A stretch of DNA of 64,000 nucleotides from an uncultured Verrucomicrobiae bacterium (GTDB lineage: Bacteria > Chlamydiota > Chlamydiia > Chlamydiales > Rhabdochlamydiaceae): contig CAWDYW010000003.1 in assembly GCA_963806855.1 (NCBI GenBank), positions 160,001 to 224,000 on the forward strand, given 5' to 3'. Both the position numbers and the translations under genes were made by a program. Shown here piece by piece: positions 29,822 through 38,163 of this stretch (positions are counted from its first letter, which is position 1; each line of letters opens with the position of its first letter). The notes below the pieces were generated by a model. The model did no database searches. It was not told the DNA's origin and was given only the letters and a program-made list of their open reading frames with translations.

Positions 29822-29886
29822 GCGAGCATGAAGCCTTTCAACGGTATGCCGAGAAGCTGAATCCATCTCTGATTGATTCTTAATTT
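29822..29886 (+). repeat. Direct repeat, copy 2 (orphan diverged M50 3' end)
   Basis: Translates EHEAFQRYAEKLNPSLIDS*, compared with EHEAFQSYAEKLDPSLIDS* in the gene. Confidence 0.93.
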
Positions 29887-29896
29887 TTGTTACCCA

Positions 29897-30553
29897 TCAT
29901 TCGTCATCAATGATGCTCTTTAATAAGATCCCCATCTCCAAATTTTCTAAAGCCGAGTTTCTCTGTTCAGGAGCTGCTGGCCAGTAGGCATCTGTAACAA
30001 AGGCTGAAAAGATATAGAGTATGCGAGGATCAATCGCCTCATCCTTGAGCACTTTAATATCCCAATAATAATCGCCTCCTGGGATGAATGAGCGGCGAAA
30101 AATTGCAATCGGGCTCCGTTCATTCTTCGAATCAACAATAGAGACGCTAGATCCGCTCCGATCGACATAGCCTGTTGCAACATGATAGTTAGAATCATCG
30201 TAAAAGGCGTACTTTCCAGAAGCGGTTGTCCACCATCGTCCTTGAATGAAGCCCACATGTGTGCCTCTTTCATTAACGACATCAATTTCCTTCATACTAT
30301 TGAACAAGGCCCCAACCGAGAGCAGCCTAGCAGTACCTGTCGCGAGCTCCCCCTTCTCATTACATAGAGAGTAGACTCGGCGCAGCTGCAAAGAATTTTG
30401 CTCGACAGTATTGAGATAGGAGCTCCCTGAATAGAGATCGTAGTGGGTAGATGTGAGATAAGACCTTGGCTGGATAATGTAAGAATATTCGGCAAAGACC
30501 TCTGTTCCCAGGCTCAAGAGCATCAATGAAACGAAATAAAAGCAGCGCAACAT
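29897..30553 (-). CDS. Exported hypothetical protein (possible LURP-one/scramblase-like barrel)
   Basis: Signal peptide MLRCFYFVSLMLLSLGTEVFA, beta-rich body, C-terminal IDPRILYIFSAF helix. Confidence 0.6.
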   Translation of the reverse strand: MLRCFYFVSLMLLSLGTEVFAEYSYIIQPRSYLTSTHYDLYSGSSYLNTVEQNSLQLRRVYSLCNEKGELATGTARLLSVGALFNSMKEIDVVNERGTHVGFIQGRWWTTASGKYAFYDDSNYHVATGYVDRSGSSVSIVDSKNERSPIAIFRRSFIPGGDYYWDIKVLKDEAIDPRILYIFSAFVTDAYWPAAPEQRNSALENLEMGILLKSIIDDE

Positions 30554-30797
30554 AGCAAAACCTCCGAATTTTATTTGATATGCTACCAAGATTTCTCAAT
30601 TAAAAAAATGAGAAGGTTGGTGGGTCGCCATACTGAATAGAAGCGTCTTACTGTCAAGTTGTTTCGGTATAAATCCTTCTTAATTCGACAAAAAAATGAT
30701 AAAGAATAAATAATAGGAAAAGGAGAAGAAAAATGGGAATTCATATTGGGGCATGTAATAATTGTCTTAAGGCCATGTCGTCAGGGGGCCCAACTTT

Positions 30798-31427
30798 ATG
30801 AGTAGCTTAAAACGCAAAATCCTTCTTTTTCCTGATGGCAATAGTTATTCTATTAAAGAACTCGAAGAACGTCTCGATTTTAAATATTTAATCAAAAATG
30901 GCTTCGAAACCCGTGAGGATAAATCGACTGTCAGAGCAAAAGGGATGCAGAAGTTTAATAATGGAGAAGTAGCGACCGAAGCCATCGACCTTGGGAAAAG
31001 ATTTATTCACGAGATTCGAAAAGGGCATCTTCCCATTGTTTCAGTACGTTATGTCGATGAAGAAGTAGGTTACGGACTATTTGCAGAAGAAGAGATCCCA
31101 GAGAACTCCTTTGTTGGAGAATATACAGGAATTGTTAGGGAAAATAATCGTCGCTACTTAGAGCCTCTTAATAATTACTGCTATGAATATCCCATTCCGG
31201 ATTCAATCGGTCGGAGCTTCGTGATCGATGCCACGCATGGAAATTTGACCCGCTTTATCAATCATAGCTCTCAGCCAAACTTAAAACCGGGCTATGCGTT
31301 TCTAGATGGATTTTACCATTGCATTTTCACTGCGGTACGTTCCATCGCGAAAGGATCTCAACTCGCCTATAATTATGGTCAGACTTACTGGTATCTCAGA
31401 ACTCCTCCCAAGGACATCAATTTTTGA
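30798..31427 (+). CDS. SET-domain lysine methyltransferase (NUE-like)
   Basis: GYGLFA, GEYTG, GNLTRFINHS and YNYG..YW. Confidence 0.9.
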   Translation: MSSLKRKILLFPDGNSYSIKELEERLDFKYLIKNGFETREDKSTVRAKGMQKFNNGEVATEAIDLGKRFIHEIRKGHLPIVSVRYVDEEVGYGLFAEEEIPENSFVGEYTGIVRENNRRYLEPLNNYCYEYPIPDSIGRSFVIDATHGNLTRFINHSSQPNLKPGYAFLDGFYHCIFTAVRSIAKGSQLAYNYGQTYWYLRTPPKDINF

Positions 31428-31494
31428 TGGCCCGGGGTATACCATCGGTTTTGCAAGTCGGATCAAAGCCTGGTGATTAAGGGCAGGAGAAGAC

Positions 31495-32376
31495 ATGAAA
31501 CGAGAAATAATGATTAAGATTCCGGCAAGGCAAGACGCGCCATGTGCTGAGCTCTATTGTCAATATTATTCAAAGTCAGAAAAGCTTGGGACACGTGATG
31601 TACTGCTCGCAATTCCAGGTGGCCCTGGCAATGATCATGCGATCTACGACCCCCCAGAGCATTCTATTGCAAAAGCCCTATTTCCCTACGCCGACATCCT
31701 TTTATTTGATCCAAGAAGTTGCGGGAAAAGTGAGATCACAAAAAAAGAATATTCTACCCTCGACCATTACATAGATGATATCGAGGCTATTCGCGAATAT
31801 TTTAAAATATCTCCGGATAAACTAATCGTTCTTGGTCAGTCCTATGGGTCTATCGCATCTTTGGGGTATGCCACAAAATACCCAAATAGTTTAAAAAAGC
31901 TCATTTTGATAGGGGGCGCTGCGAGTAGCGAGTTTCTTGAAGAGGCTCAAAAAAATTTAAATAAAATCGGGACGTCTAAACAAAAGGAGCTCGCTAAAAA
32001 ACTATGGACTGGAACCTTTACTGGAGACCCCGATGAAAATGAAGAATACTTTCAAGCGATGACCCCTTTATTCCAACTCACATTCAAGCCTGGAATGCCC
32101 ACACCGCCACTTACTTATAATGTGGATACCCTGAATTTTGGTTTTGGTCATTTTTTAAGAAAATTTGATTTTCGACCCGCCTTAAAAAAAGTCAAATGTA
32201 AAACCCTGATTCTTTGGGGCGCTGATGATTGGATCTCTGATATAAACCAAGCAAGGATCATCCATCAAGGGATTAAAGGAAGTGCCCTAAAAATCTACTC
32301 ACATTGCAGCCATCTGCTCTGGCTTGACCAATGGGAAAAATTCTTGCATGATGTGTCTGATTTCTTGAACTCTTAA
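31495..32376 (+). CDS. Alpha/beta hydrolase (proline iminopeptidase-like)
   Basis: GGPG, FDPRSCGKS, GQSYG and C-terminal SH. Confidence 0.85.
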   Translation: MKREIMIKIPARQDAPCAELYCQYYSKSEKLGTRDVLLAIPGGPGNDHAIYDPPEHSIAKALFPYADILLFDPRSCGKSEITKKEYSTLDHYIDDIEAIREYFKISPDKLIVLGQSYGSIASLGYATKYPNSLKKLILIGGAASSEFLEEAQKNLNKIGTSKQKELAKKLWTGTFTGDPDENEEYFQAMTPLFQLTFKPGMPTPPLTYNVDTLNFGFGHFLRKFDFRPALKKVKCKTLILWGADDWISDINQARIIHQGIKGSALKIYSHCSHLLWLDQWEKFLHDVSDFLNS

Positions 32377-32411
32377 TCTCGAATTTGTCCAATTTTTTTT
32401 CATTGAGGGTG

Positions 32412-32433
32412 TTAGGAGTTATTGTTATTTATT
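32412..32433 (+). repeat. 22-bp direct repeat, copy 1; copy 2 at 33290-33311
   Basis: ttaggagttattgt(t/c)atttatt. Confidence 0.8.
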
Positions 32434-32451
32434 CATTATGCTCGCCTAAAT

Positions 32452-33174
32452 TTAGGGCAACTGCTGTTTTGTACCCGACACAGCGATCTCGCGCATGCAG
32501 ATATGCTGTGGCAAAGAATAAATAGTATAAACCAGTTCGGCTACTTCTTCTGGTAATAGATAAGCCCCTTCATGTTCCTTTAAAAAAGCATCAATGGCTT
32601 TTTCATCGTTTTTTAGGGAAGCATGTAAAGAGGTTGTATTCATCAGGCCTGGTTCTAATAGAATACAACGAACATTATATGGCGCTAAAAATTTCCTTTG
32701 TTCTCTTGTATAAAGTACCACAGCTGCTTTCGTCGCATTATCTATTGTCATCGGAAATTTAGGATAACCATAAAGCGCAGACAAAGAACCCATATTAATA
32801 ATTGTTCCAGAATTTCTTTCTTTCATACCTTCGCTAACAATTTTTGTTCCGTTCATAACGCCTTTAATATTCGTTAACAACATCGATTCCAGTATTTTTT
32901 CATTAATATTTTCGTCGGTATGACCTGATCGGGAAGCATTATTAAATAAAAAATCCACCGGTCCAAATTTTTTTTCACCGAGGTTGATTGCATTTTTTAA
33001 GGCCTCATAGTCTGTGACATCAACATCAATAGAGAGCGAATTTTTTAATTGAACTCCTGAGGCTATCATTCGATTAGATAACAACAAAGTATTTAGCCCT
33101 TTTTCACTAAATAACTTTGCTGTTGCTAAGCCAACTCCTGAAGATGCCCCAGTAATAATAGCTAATTTTTTCAA
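32452..33174 (-). CDS. SDR family oxidoreductase (AT-rich)
   Basis: TGASSGVG, NNA and EPG. The usual YxxxK reads DNATK here. Confidence 0.85.
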   Translation of the reverse strand: MKKLAIITGASSGVGLATAKLFSEKGLNTLLLSNRMIASGVQLKNSLSIDVDVTDYEALKNAINLGEKKFGPVDFLFNNASRSGHTDENINEKILESMLLTNIKGVMNGTKIVSEGMKERNSGTIINMGSLSALYGYPKFPMTIDNATKAAVVLYTREQRKFLAPYNVRCILLEPGLMNTTSLHASLKNDEKAIDAFLKEHEGAYLLPEEVAELVYTIYSLPQHICMREIAVSGTKQQLP

Positions 33175-33289
33175 AACAAATCCTCCTTATTCTGAAATTG
33201 ATTAAAAATTGAGGGTAGCACATATCCAAAATCAATTTCGGTATATATATACCCAAGAATTGCCGCTGATATCGAAAATGTCAACGGCA

Positions 33290-33311
33290 TTAGGAGTTAT
33301 TGTCATTTATT
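33290..33311 (+). repeat. 22-bp direct repeat, copy 2
   Basis: 21/22 match to 32412-32433. Confidence 0.8.
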
Positions 33312-33327
33312 GACCCTAGAATATATA

Positions 33328-33496
33328 ATCTCGACTTTGTACATTTTTTGCCAGCGTCTCCGGGGAGAGCGTCCGCGCTTTTATTATTTTTTTGCTCGTT
33401 AATAGAGACGTCGCAGCTATGAATTCGCAAAAAAATAATAAAATCATCGGACGCCTCCCTCGGAGCTACTCGTCAAAAAATGTACAAAGTCGAGAT
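33328..33496. repeat. 169-bp palindromic element, family C
   Basis: ATCTCGACTTTGTACATTTTTTG ... CAAAAAATGTACAAAGTCGAGAT. Inner stem ttttattatttttttgc / gcaaaaaaataataaaa. Confidence 0.9.
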
Positions 33497-33513
33497 AATA
33501 ACTTGCCGATGTT

Positions 33514-34596
33514 ATGAAAAAAATTCTGTTTCTCTTTTTGGTAGCTGCTTCACTAGCGGTTAATCCCTCCCTTTCTCCCCATGAAAACAGCCACTTGGCG
33601 GCGGCCAAAGATCAACGCCATCAAATCGTACGAAGGGCAGCATTCGATATTGGTTCGGGGAAAATTAAAATCCAGGTATCCGATGTCGACCTCACAGTAA
33701 ATAAAATTGTAAATGTATTGTTTACCGATAGCGCCCGCGTGCCATTAAGAGAAGAGCTTGTTAAAAGCCTGGATGGAAGATTAAGCCTTGAAATCCAAGA
33801 TCGATTGGTCGATGCGATCTCAGAGTTAATGAAAAAAGCCGCTCCATTCCACCCAGAAGCTTATCACGCTATTGGAACGGAAGCCCTTCGTCTTGCAAGA
33901 AATAGCAGTGAGCTAATTGAGCGAATCAAGGAAGAGACCGGGGTAGCTGTGACGATCGTTTCACAAGAAGAAGAGGGGATTTTGGGGTTTATCAGTGCCA
34001 CTAACCAAATGGATGTGGAGCTAGAAAAAGCAATCAGTTGGGATTTTGGAGGAGGAAGTTTTCAAATCACAACTCAATGCGGTGACCACTATGTGATTTA
34101 TCAAGGAAGACTTGGAAAAACTCCATTAAAAAATGCCCTTTTAGAAATACAAGGGAAAGATGTAAATCAGAAAATTAGCCCTAACCCTATTTCAAAATCA
34201 GAAGCAAATCAGGCAATCCAATTCATTAAAGACAATATTCAGAACATTCCGGCAGAGATTCGTCAAAAGTTGGATCGCCCAGATGTTGTTGTGTTAGGGG
34301 TTGGGATTAATCCCTTATGGTGGATGCAGCAAAATGGGAGTTTTGACAAAGCTCGAGTTTTAAAAGAGCTCGATTCTCGATTGAATCTTGATGACGAGGC
34401 CATTAGAATCAAAGACTCCATTAGTCCAGAATGGAAGGAGGCATCAAACTTTGTTGTTTCAAACCTTATTCTGGCCTATGGAGTGATGGATGCCTTCGCA
34501 ATTCCTCAAGTTCAGTATGTGGGAACTCAAGGGGCCAATGCAGTAGGAGCATTGCTGTCGCCAAAATATTGGGTTAAATGTGAGGTGTTAGAATGA
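33514..34596 (+). CDS. Ppx/GppA-like phosphatase (ASKHA fold) with a signal peptide
   Basis: AAFDIGSG, GTEALR, SQEEEG and WDFGGGSFQ. N-terminus MKKILFLFLVAASLA. Confidence 0.85.
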   Translation: MKKILFLFLVAASLAVNPSLSPHENSHLAAAKDQRHQIVRRAAFDIGSGKIKIQVSDVDLTVNKIVNVLFTDSARVPLREELVKSLDGRLSLEIQDRLVDAISELMKKAAPFHPEAYHAIGTEALRLARNSSELIERIKEETGVAVTIVSQEEEGILGFISATNQMDVELEKAISWDFGGGSFQITTQCGDHYVIYQGRLGKTPLKNALLEIQGKDVNQKISPNPISKSEANQAIQFIKDNIQNIPAEIRQKLDRPDVVVLGVGINPLWWMQQNGSFDKARVLKELDSRLNLDDEAIRIKDSISPEWKEASNFVVSNLILAYGVMDAFAIPQVQYVGTQGANAVGALLSPKYWVKCEVLE

Positions 34597-35287
34597 GTAG
34601 TGGTACAACAGTCCAACCATTGATTTACGTTTTTATCGGTTGTCCAGGCTCAGGGAAAGGGACCCTTTCCGAGGCTATGAAATCTGAAGGATATGAGCCC
34701 TTTTCTATAGGGGATTTCGCAAGAAAACAGATCAAAAAAGGGACCCCATTTGGACAGACATACGAAGAGGCCATTTTAAATCACACTATAGGAGGCATCC
34801 CTTTTGAGGTCATTCAAAAGATTGTGGATGAAAGGCTTGAAAAAAGTGTTTTGGAGCAAAAGGGGCTTATTCTCGATGGCTATCCAAAAACTAGAGGGCA
34901 ATGTGAGCTTTTAGATGCCTTTATTCAGAAGAATGGACTTGAAAAAAGAGTGAGTGTTGTCCAACTGGACGTTAATGAAGATGTTGCTATTGCTCGGATT
35001 CTTTATCGTCAGACGTGTGAGACATGTAGCAAGATCTATAATTCGAAATTTTCTCCTTCAAAAGTTCCAGATGAATGCGATAAGTGTCAGGGAAAATTAA
35101 TCAAACGTTTGGATTATGATGTCGAAGGGACAAAAAAAAGAGTTTATGAATTTAAGGGCAAAGTGCAAGAGGCCATTGACTATTATTCGAGCCGTGACGC
35201 CTTAACGTGCTAGATGCGAACGCCGATCCCGAGGTTTGCTTAGAAAAGTTTATGGAATTGCATCGATCGCAGATATCTAAAGTCTAA
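34593..35287 (+). CDS. Adenylate kinase family (Zn-lid), apparent single frameshift near 35195
   Basis: GCPGSGKGT, LDGYP, CxxC...CxxC lid. The ORF stops at 35213, but RLNVLDANADPEVCLEKF...KV* continues in another frame to 35287. Confidence 0.8.
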
Positions 35288-35787
35288 CCCGCAGCTGCTT
35301 GGGTATAAATTAGCCTGAAGCAGGGATCCTCGTCTTGCAATAAATCCATTTTCAATCCGTCGGCAGGAGTAACCCAAGTAAATCCCTTGTGCTCATTGAA
35401 ATCAATTTTTACTGCACCTGGATCTCCATGCAATTGAATTCGAAACATATGATAGGTAAAATGGTCTTTGTCATTGTATTCTATATAGACAGTTCCTAAA
35501 TTTTCGATTGGTAGATTGGCGATATCGTAACCAGTTTCCTCATGAGTTTCTCGAATGATTGCCTGAAGAGGGGTTTCTCCTTTATTTACTTTCCCGCCTG
35601 GAATTCCCCATTTGTTGCCTTGAGATTTGTTGTCCTGTCGATGGAGAAGCAAAATCTGATTGTTATTTTCTATATAAACCGCTGAAATTTCAATGCGTGG
35701 TTTAAATTGAGGGGTTGGTTTTAAGTAAACTATTGCTGAAGCCTGTGTCGTTAACAATATCAAAAAAATAGCGAAAATCTTTTTCAT
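35284..35787 (-). CDS. NUDIX hydrolase with a signal peptide
   Basis: Nudix box PGGKVNKGETPLQAIIRETHEETG. N-terminus MKKIFAIFLILLTTQASA. Confidence 0.88.
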   Translation of the reverse strand: MKKIFAIFLILLTTQASAIVYLKPTPQFKPRIEISAVYIENNNQILLLHRQDNKSQGNKWGIPGGKVNKGETPLQAIIRETHEETGYDIANLPIENLGTVYIEYNDKDHFTYHMFRIQLHGDPGAVKIDFNEHKGFTWVTPADGLKMDLLQDEDPCFRLIYTQAAAG

Positions 35788-35840
35788 AAAAAGCCCTTAA
35801 AATGAGGAAAGTCCAGTATAATGAAGTCGTGAAAAATTGG

Positions 35841-36737
35841 CTACTTTTTTACCGCTATCGGGGCTTTTTCGCGCCATAAAGAACAGATAAGCAACCCAGC
35901 AAAGATCAAAGATGAACCAATCATCATGGGCAATGATAAATTCTGCTTCCAGACTAAAAATCCCAGCATGCTAGAGATTGGGACGCTGAGATATAAGAAT
36001 GGAGCAAACTGGGAGGCAGGCATCCGTTGCGCAGCTTTTGAAAAACAGTATTGAGTTCCAATGCTCAATAAAGCTAAGCCGATTAGAAAAAGGATCATTG
36101 GGATATTCATGTGCGATTTTGCCGCTTCAAAACTTAGCGGATTTAATAATGATTCTGAGCAGATAAATAGAATGGATAGCATTGAACAGCTGAGGTATTG
36201 ATTAAAGATAATTTGATTAACCGATTCTTTTTGCTTAACTAAATGTCTAAGCAGAACCATTGCTGCAGCCATTAAGATCGCTGCAGATATTCCTACGATA
36301 AAATGAAAAATTGAAAAGGAGGCAAACCGGGGATTAATGATGAGCAGGACCCCAGGAAGAGCTATAGAGAGGCCTAGATATGTTTTGAGACTGATTTTCT
36401 CTTTGAGGGAGAAATAAGCAATGAGTGGAACAAAGAATGGGATCATGTTGAACAATGTTGTAGACACGCCTAGTGGAATATATTTAATCGAATAGAAAAA
36501 GCAGCTCACGGCGGAGATGTGAAAAAGTCCCCTGACAAAATGTACTAATAATGTCTTTGTCTTATATAAACCAAGGCCATTCTTAAAAATGAGAGGCAAA
36601 AAATAAAAAATGGGAAGGAGATAATAAGCTCCAATCTGGAGGCTAATGGGCACATCACTTGATATGCTTTTTACGATAGCCGAAATGCAAGCTTGCATAA
36701 AAGCGGCCGAGATCATGAATAAAATTCCTAGCCCCAC
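35841..36737 (-). CDS. DMT/EamA family transporter
   Basis: About 10 TM segments in two repeats, with LKEKI..GVLLIINP. Confidence 0.88.
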   Translation of the reverse strand: MGLGILFMISAAFMQACISAIVKSISSDVPISLQIGAYYLLPIFYFLPLIFKNGLGLYKTKTLLVHFVRGLFHISAVSCFFYSIKYIPLGVSTTLFNMIPFFVPLIAYFSLKEKISLKTYLGLSIALPGVLLIINPRFASFSIFHFIVGISAAILMAAAMVLLRHLVKQKESVNQIIFNQYLSCSMLSILFICSESLLNPLSFEAAKSHMNIPMILFLIGLALLSIGTQYCFSKAAQRMPASQFAPFLYLSVPISSMLGFLVWKQNLSLPMMIGSSLIFAGLLICSLWREKAPIAVKK

Positions 36738-36843
36738 AATGAGCCGCTCCTTTTTTAATCTCTATTGTACATCAGGTCGAATTTACAGAAAAAGTGTTGT
36801 TTTATCTCTGGGCGAGGCGGGGTATAAAGAAAACTAGATCTCG

Positions 36844-37815
36844 TTACAAATACATTTTAATCAAGTTCAAGGGGTTAAAACCACTTTTAACTAGAGCTTC
36901 TTCAGTAAAAAGTGGCGAGGGCAAATTATCCCAGTCAAACCAATCCCATCGTTCAAATTTATCGGGTTCTTTCAATTGTACTTGGCCGCTGGCGTATTCA
37001 GACACCATCCACAATGTCACGTAATGTTTTGCCGTTCCTTCAAATATATGATTCGTATATGTTGCTTTTTGAATGTTTTTGATTTGCAATCCGGTCTCTT
37101 CTTCCACTTCTCTTTTGGCACATTCTTCAGGTTCTTCGCCTTGCTCTAAATGCCCGCCAGGCGATGCCCATTGTCCTTGCCCATGCTCTGATTTTCGTTT
37201 TCCTAAGAGCACCTTCCCGTCCCGGATCACAAACACTCCGCAGCCAATTTTTGGATGCATACGTAATTTTGCATCTTTTTTGATCCGCTCATTCATCTCA
37301 CGAAGGAATGGGTCATGAGCACAGGCGCTATCAATCTTGAATACTTGATTTTTATCCTCTTGAGTCCAGGTGCGTTCATCAGCTTCATTATGCTGCAAAT
37401 TAGCTTCCAATTTATCCAGAGCAAATACAAAACGTGCTTCCGCTGTATTTCTCTCATTAAATTCGTGCCATAGCGCATGAATTTCCTCCCCAAGCGGACC
37501 TCCAATGAATTCTCTAATTTTTTTGATGGCGTTCAATTCTTTCTGAGATGTGTCGCAAGTTTCTTGCATAAATACAGGAGTATCGCCGGCTTCTATCTCC
37601 ACAAGATCGTGGATAATCACCATTTTTAATGATTTATAGAGGTCTATTTTTTCATTCAGATAGGGAGAAAAAAGTAATGCCATTAGGGAAGTGCGCCACA
37701 CATGTTCGGCCACACTTTCTTGCCTGCCTGAGGAGAGCCAACTGTGTCTCAATTCGCACTTCATTTTTTCTGTCTTATGTAAAAAAGACAAAATCTGATC
37801 CATTGAAGATTCCAT
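36844..37815 (-). CDS. HD-domain (YfbR-like) + NUDIX (NUDT15-like) fusion protein
   Basis: ESVAEH, IIHDLVE and DKLE, then LLGKRK, PGGHLEQGEEPEECAKREVEEETG and EPDKFERWDWF. Confidence 0.88.
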   Translation of the reverse strand: MESSMDQILSFLHKTEKMKCELRHSWLSSGRQESVAEHVWRTSLMALLFSPYLNEKIDLYKSLKMVIIHDLVEIEAGDTPVFMQETCDTSQKELNAIKKIREFIGGPLGEEIHALWHEFNERNTAEARFVFALDKLEANLQHNEADERTWTQEDKNQVFKIDSACAHDPFLREMNERIKKDAKLRMHPKIGCGVFVIRDGKVLLGKRKSEHGQGQWASPGGHLEQGEEPEECAKREVEEETGLQIKNIQKATYTNHIFEGTAKHYVTLWMVSEYASGQVQLKEPDKFERWDWFDWDNLPSPLFTEEALVKSGFNPLNLIKMYL

Positions 37816-37953
37816 ATTAAGACCCCTTTCTAATGCCAATTTTTTTTGTAAAGTTCACTCATTAGCCATAGTCTACCTTTGACTTTTAAAATAAGTAAAA
37901 TTAATATATTTTATGTATGCTATAAGGCTTGCTAACGTTGCTGAAGAATCGAT

Positions 37954-38148
37954 TCAGCTCCTGTCTTCCTCTATTTCTTGTAGAAATAAAATCAGATCTT
38001 TCATAGGAATCGCAGTTTCATTAATGCAAGCGCCCTCAATTCTTTCTGAGAATCTTACAACTCCATCTGATTCATGAGCCCCGGCAAAATTAAGAACGGG
38101 ATAACGATTGCAATAGTCTACGATTTCTTCTTGAGAAATGTGACGGAA
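37954..38148 (-). pseudogene. C-terminal remnant of a Maf-family NTP pyrophosphatase, abutting the IS end
   Basis: Manual translation FRHISQEEIVDYCNRYPVLNFAGAHESDGVVRFSERIEGACINETAIPMKDLILFLQEIEEDRS* fits the Maf C-terminal pattern. No start codon. Confidence 0.65.
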
Positions 38149-38163
38149 TTGAACCTCTCTCGA

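Noticed and set aside
30600..30790. Intergenic stretch as a riboswitch or sRNA (also 28610-28765)
   Set aside because: No recognisable conserved motif or stable structure could be supported by eye.
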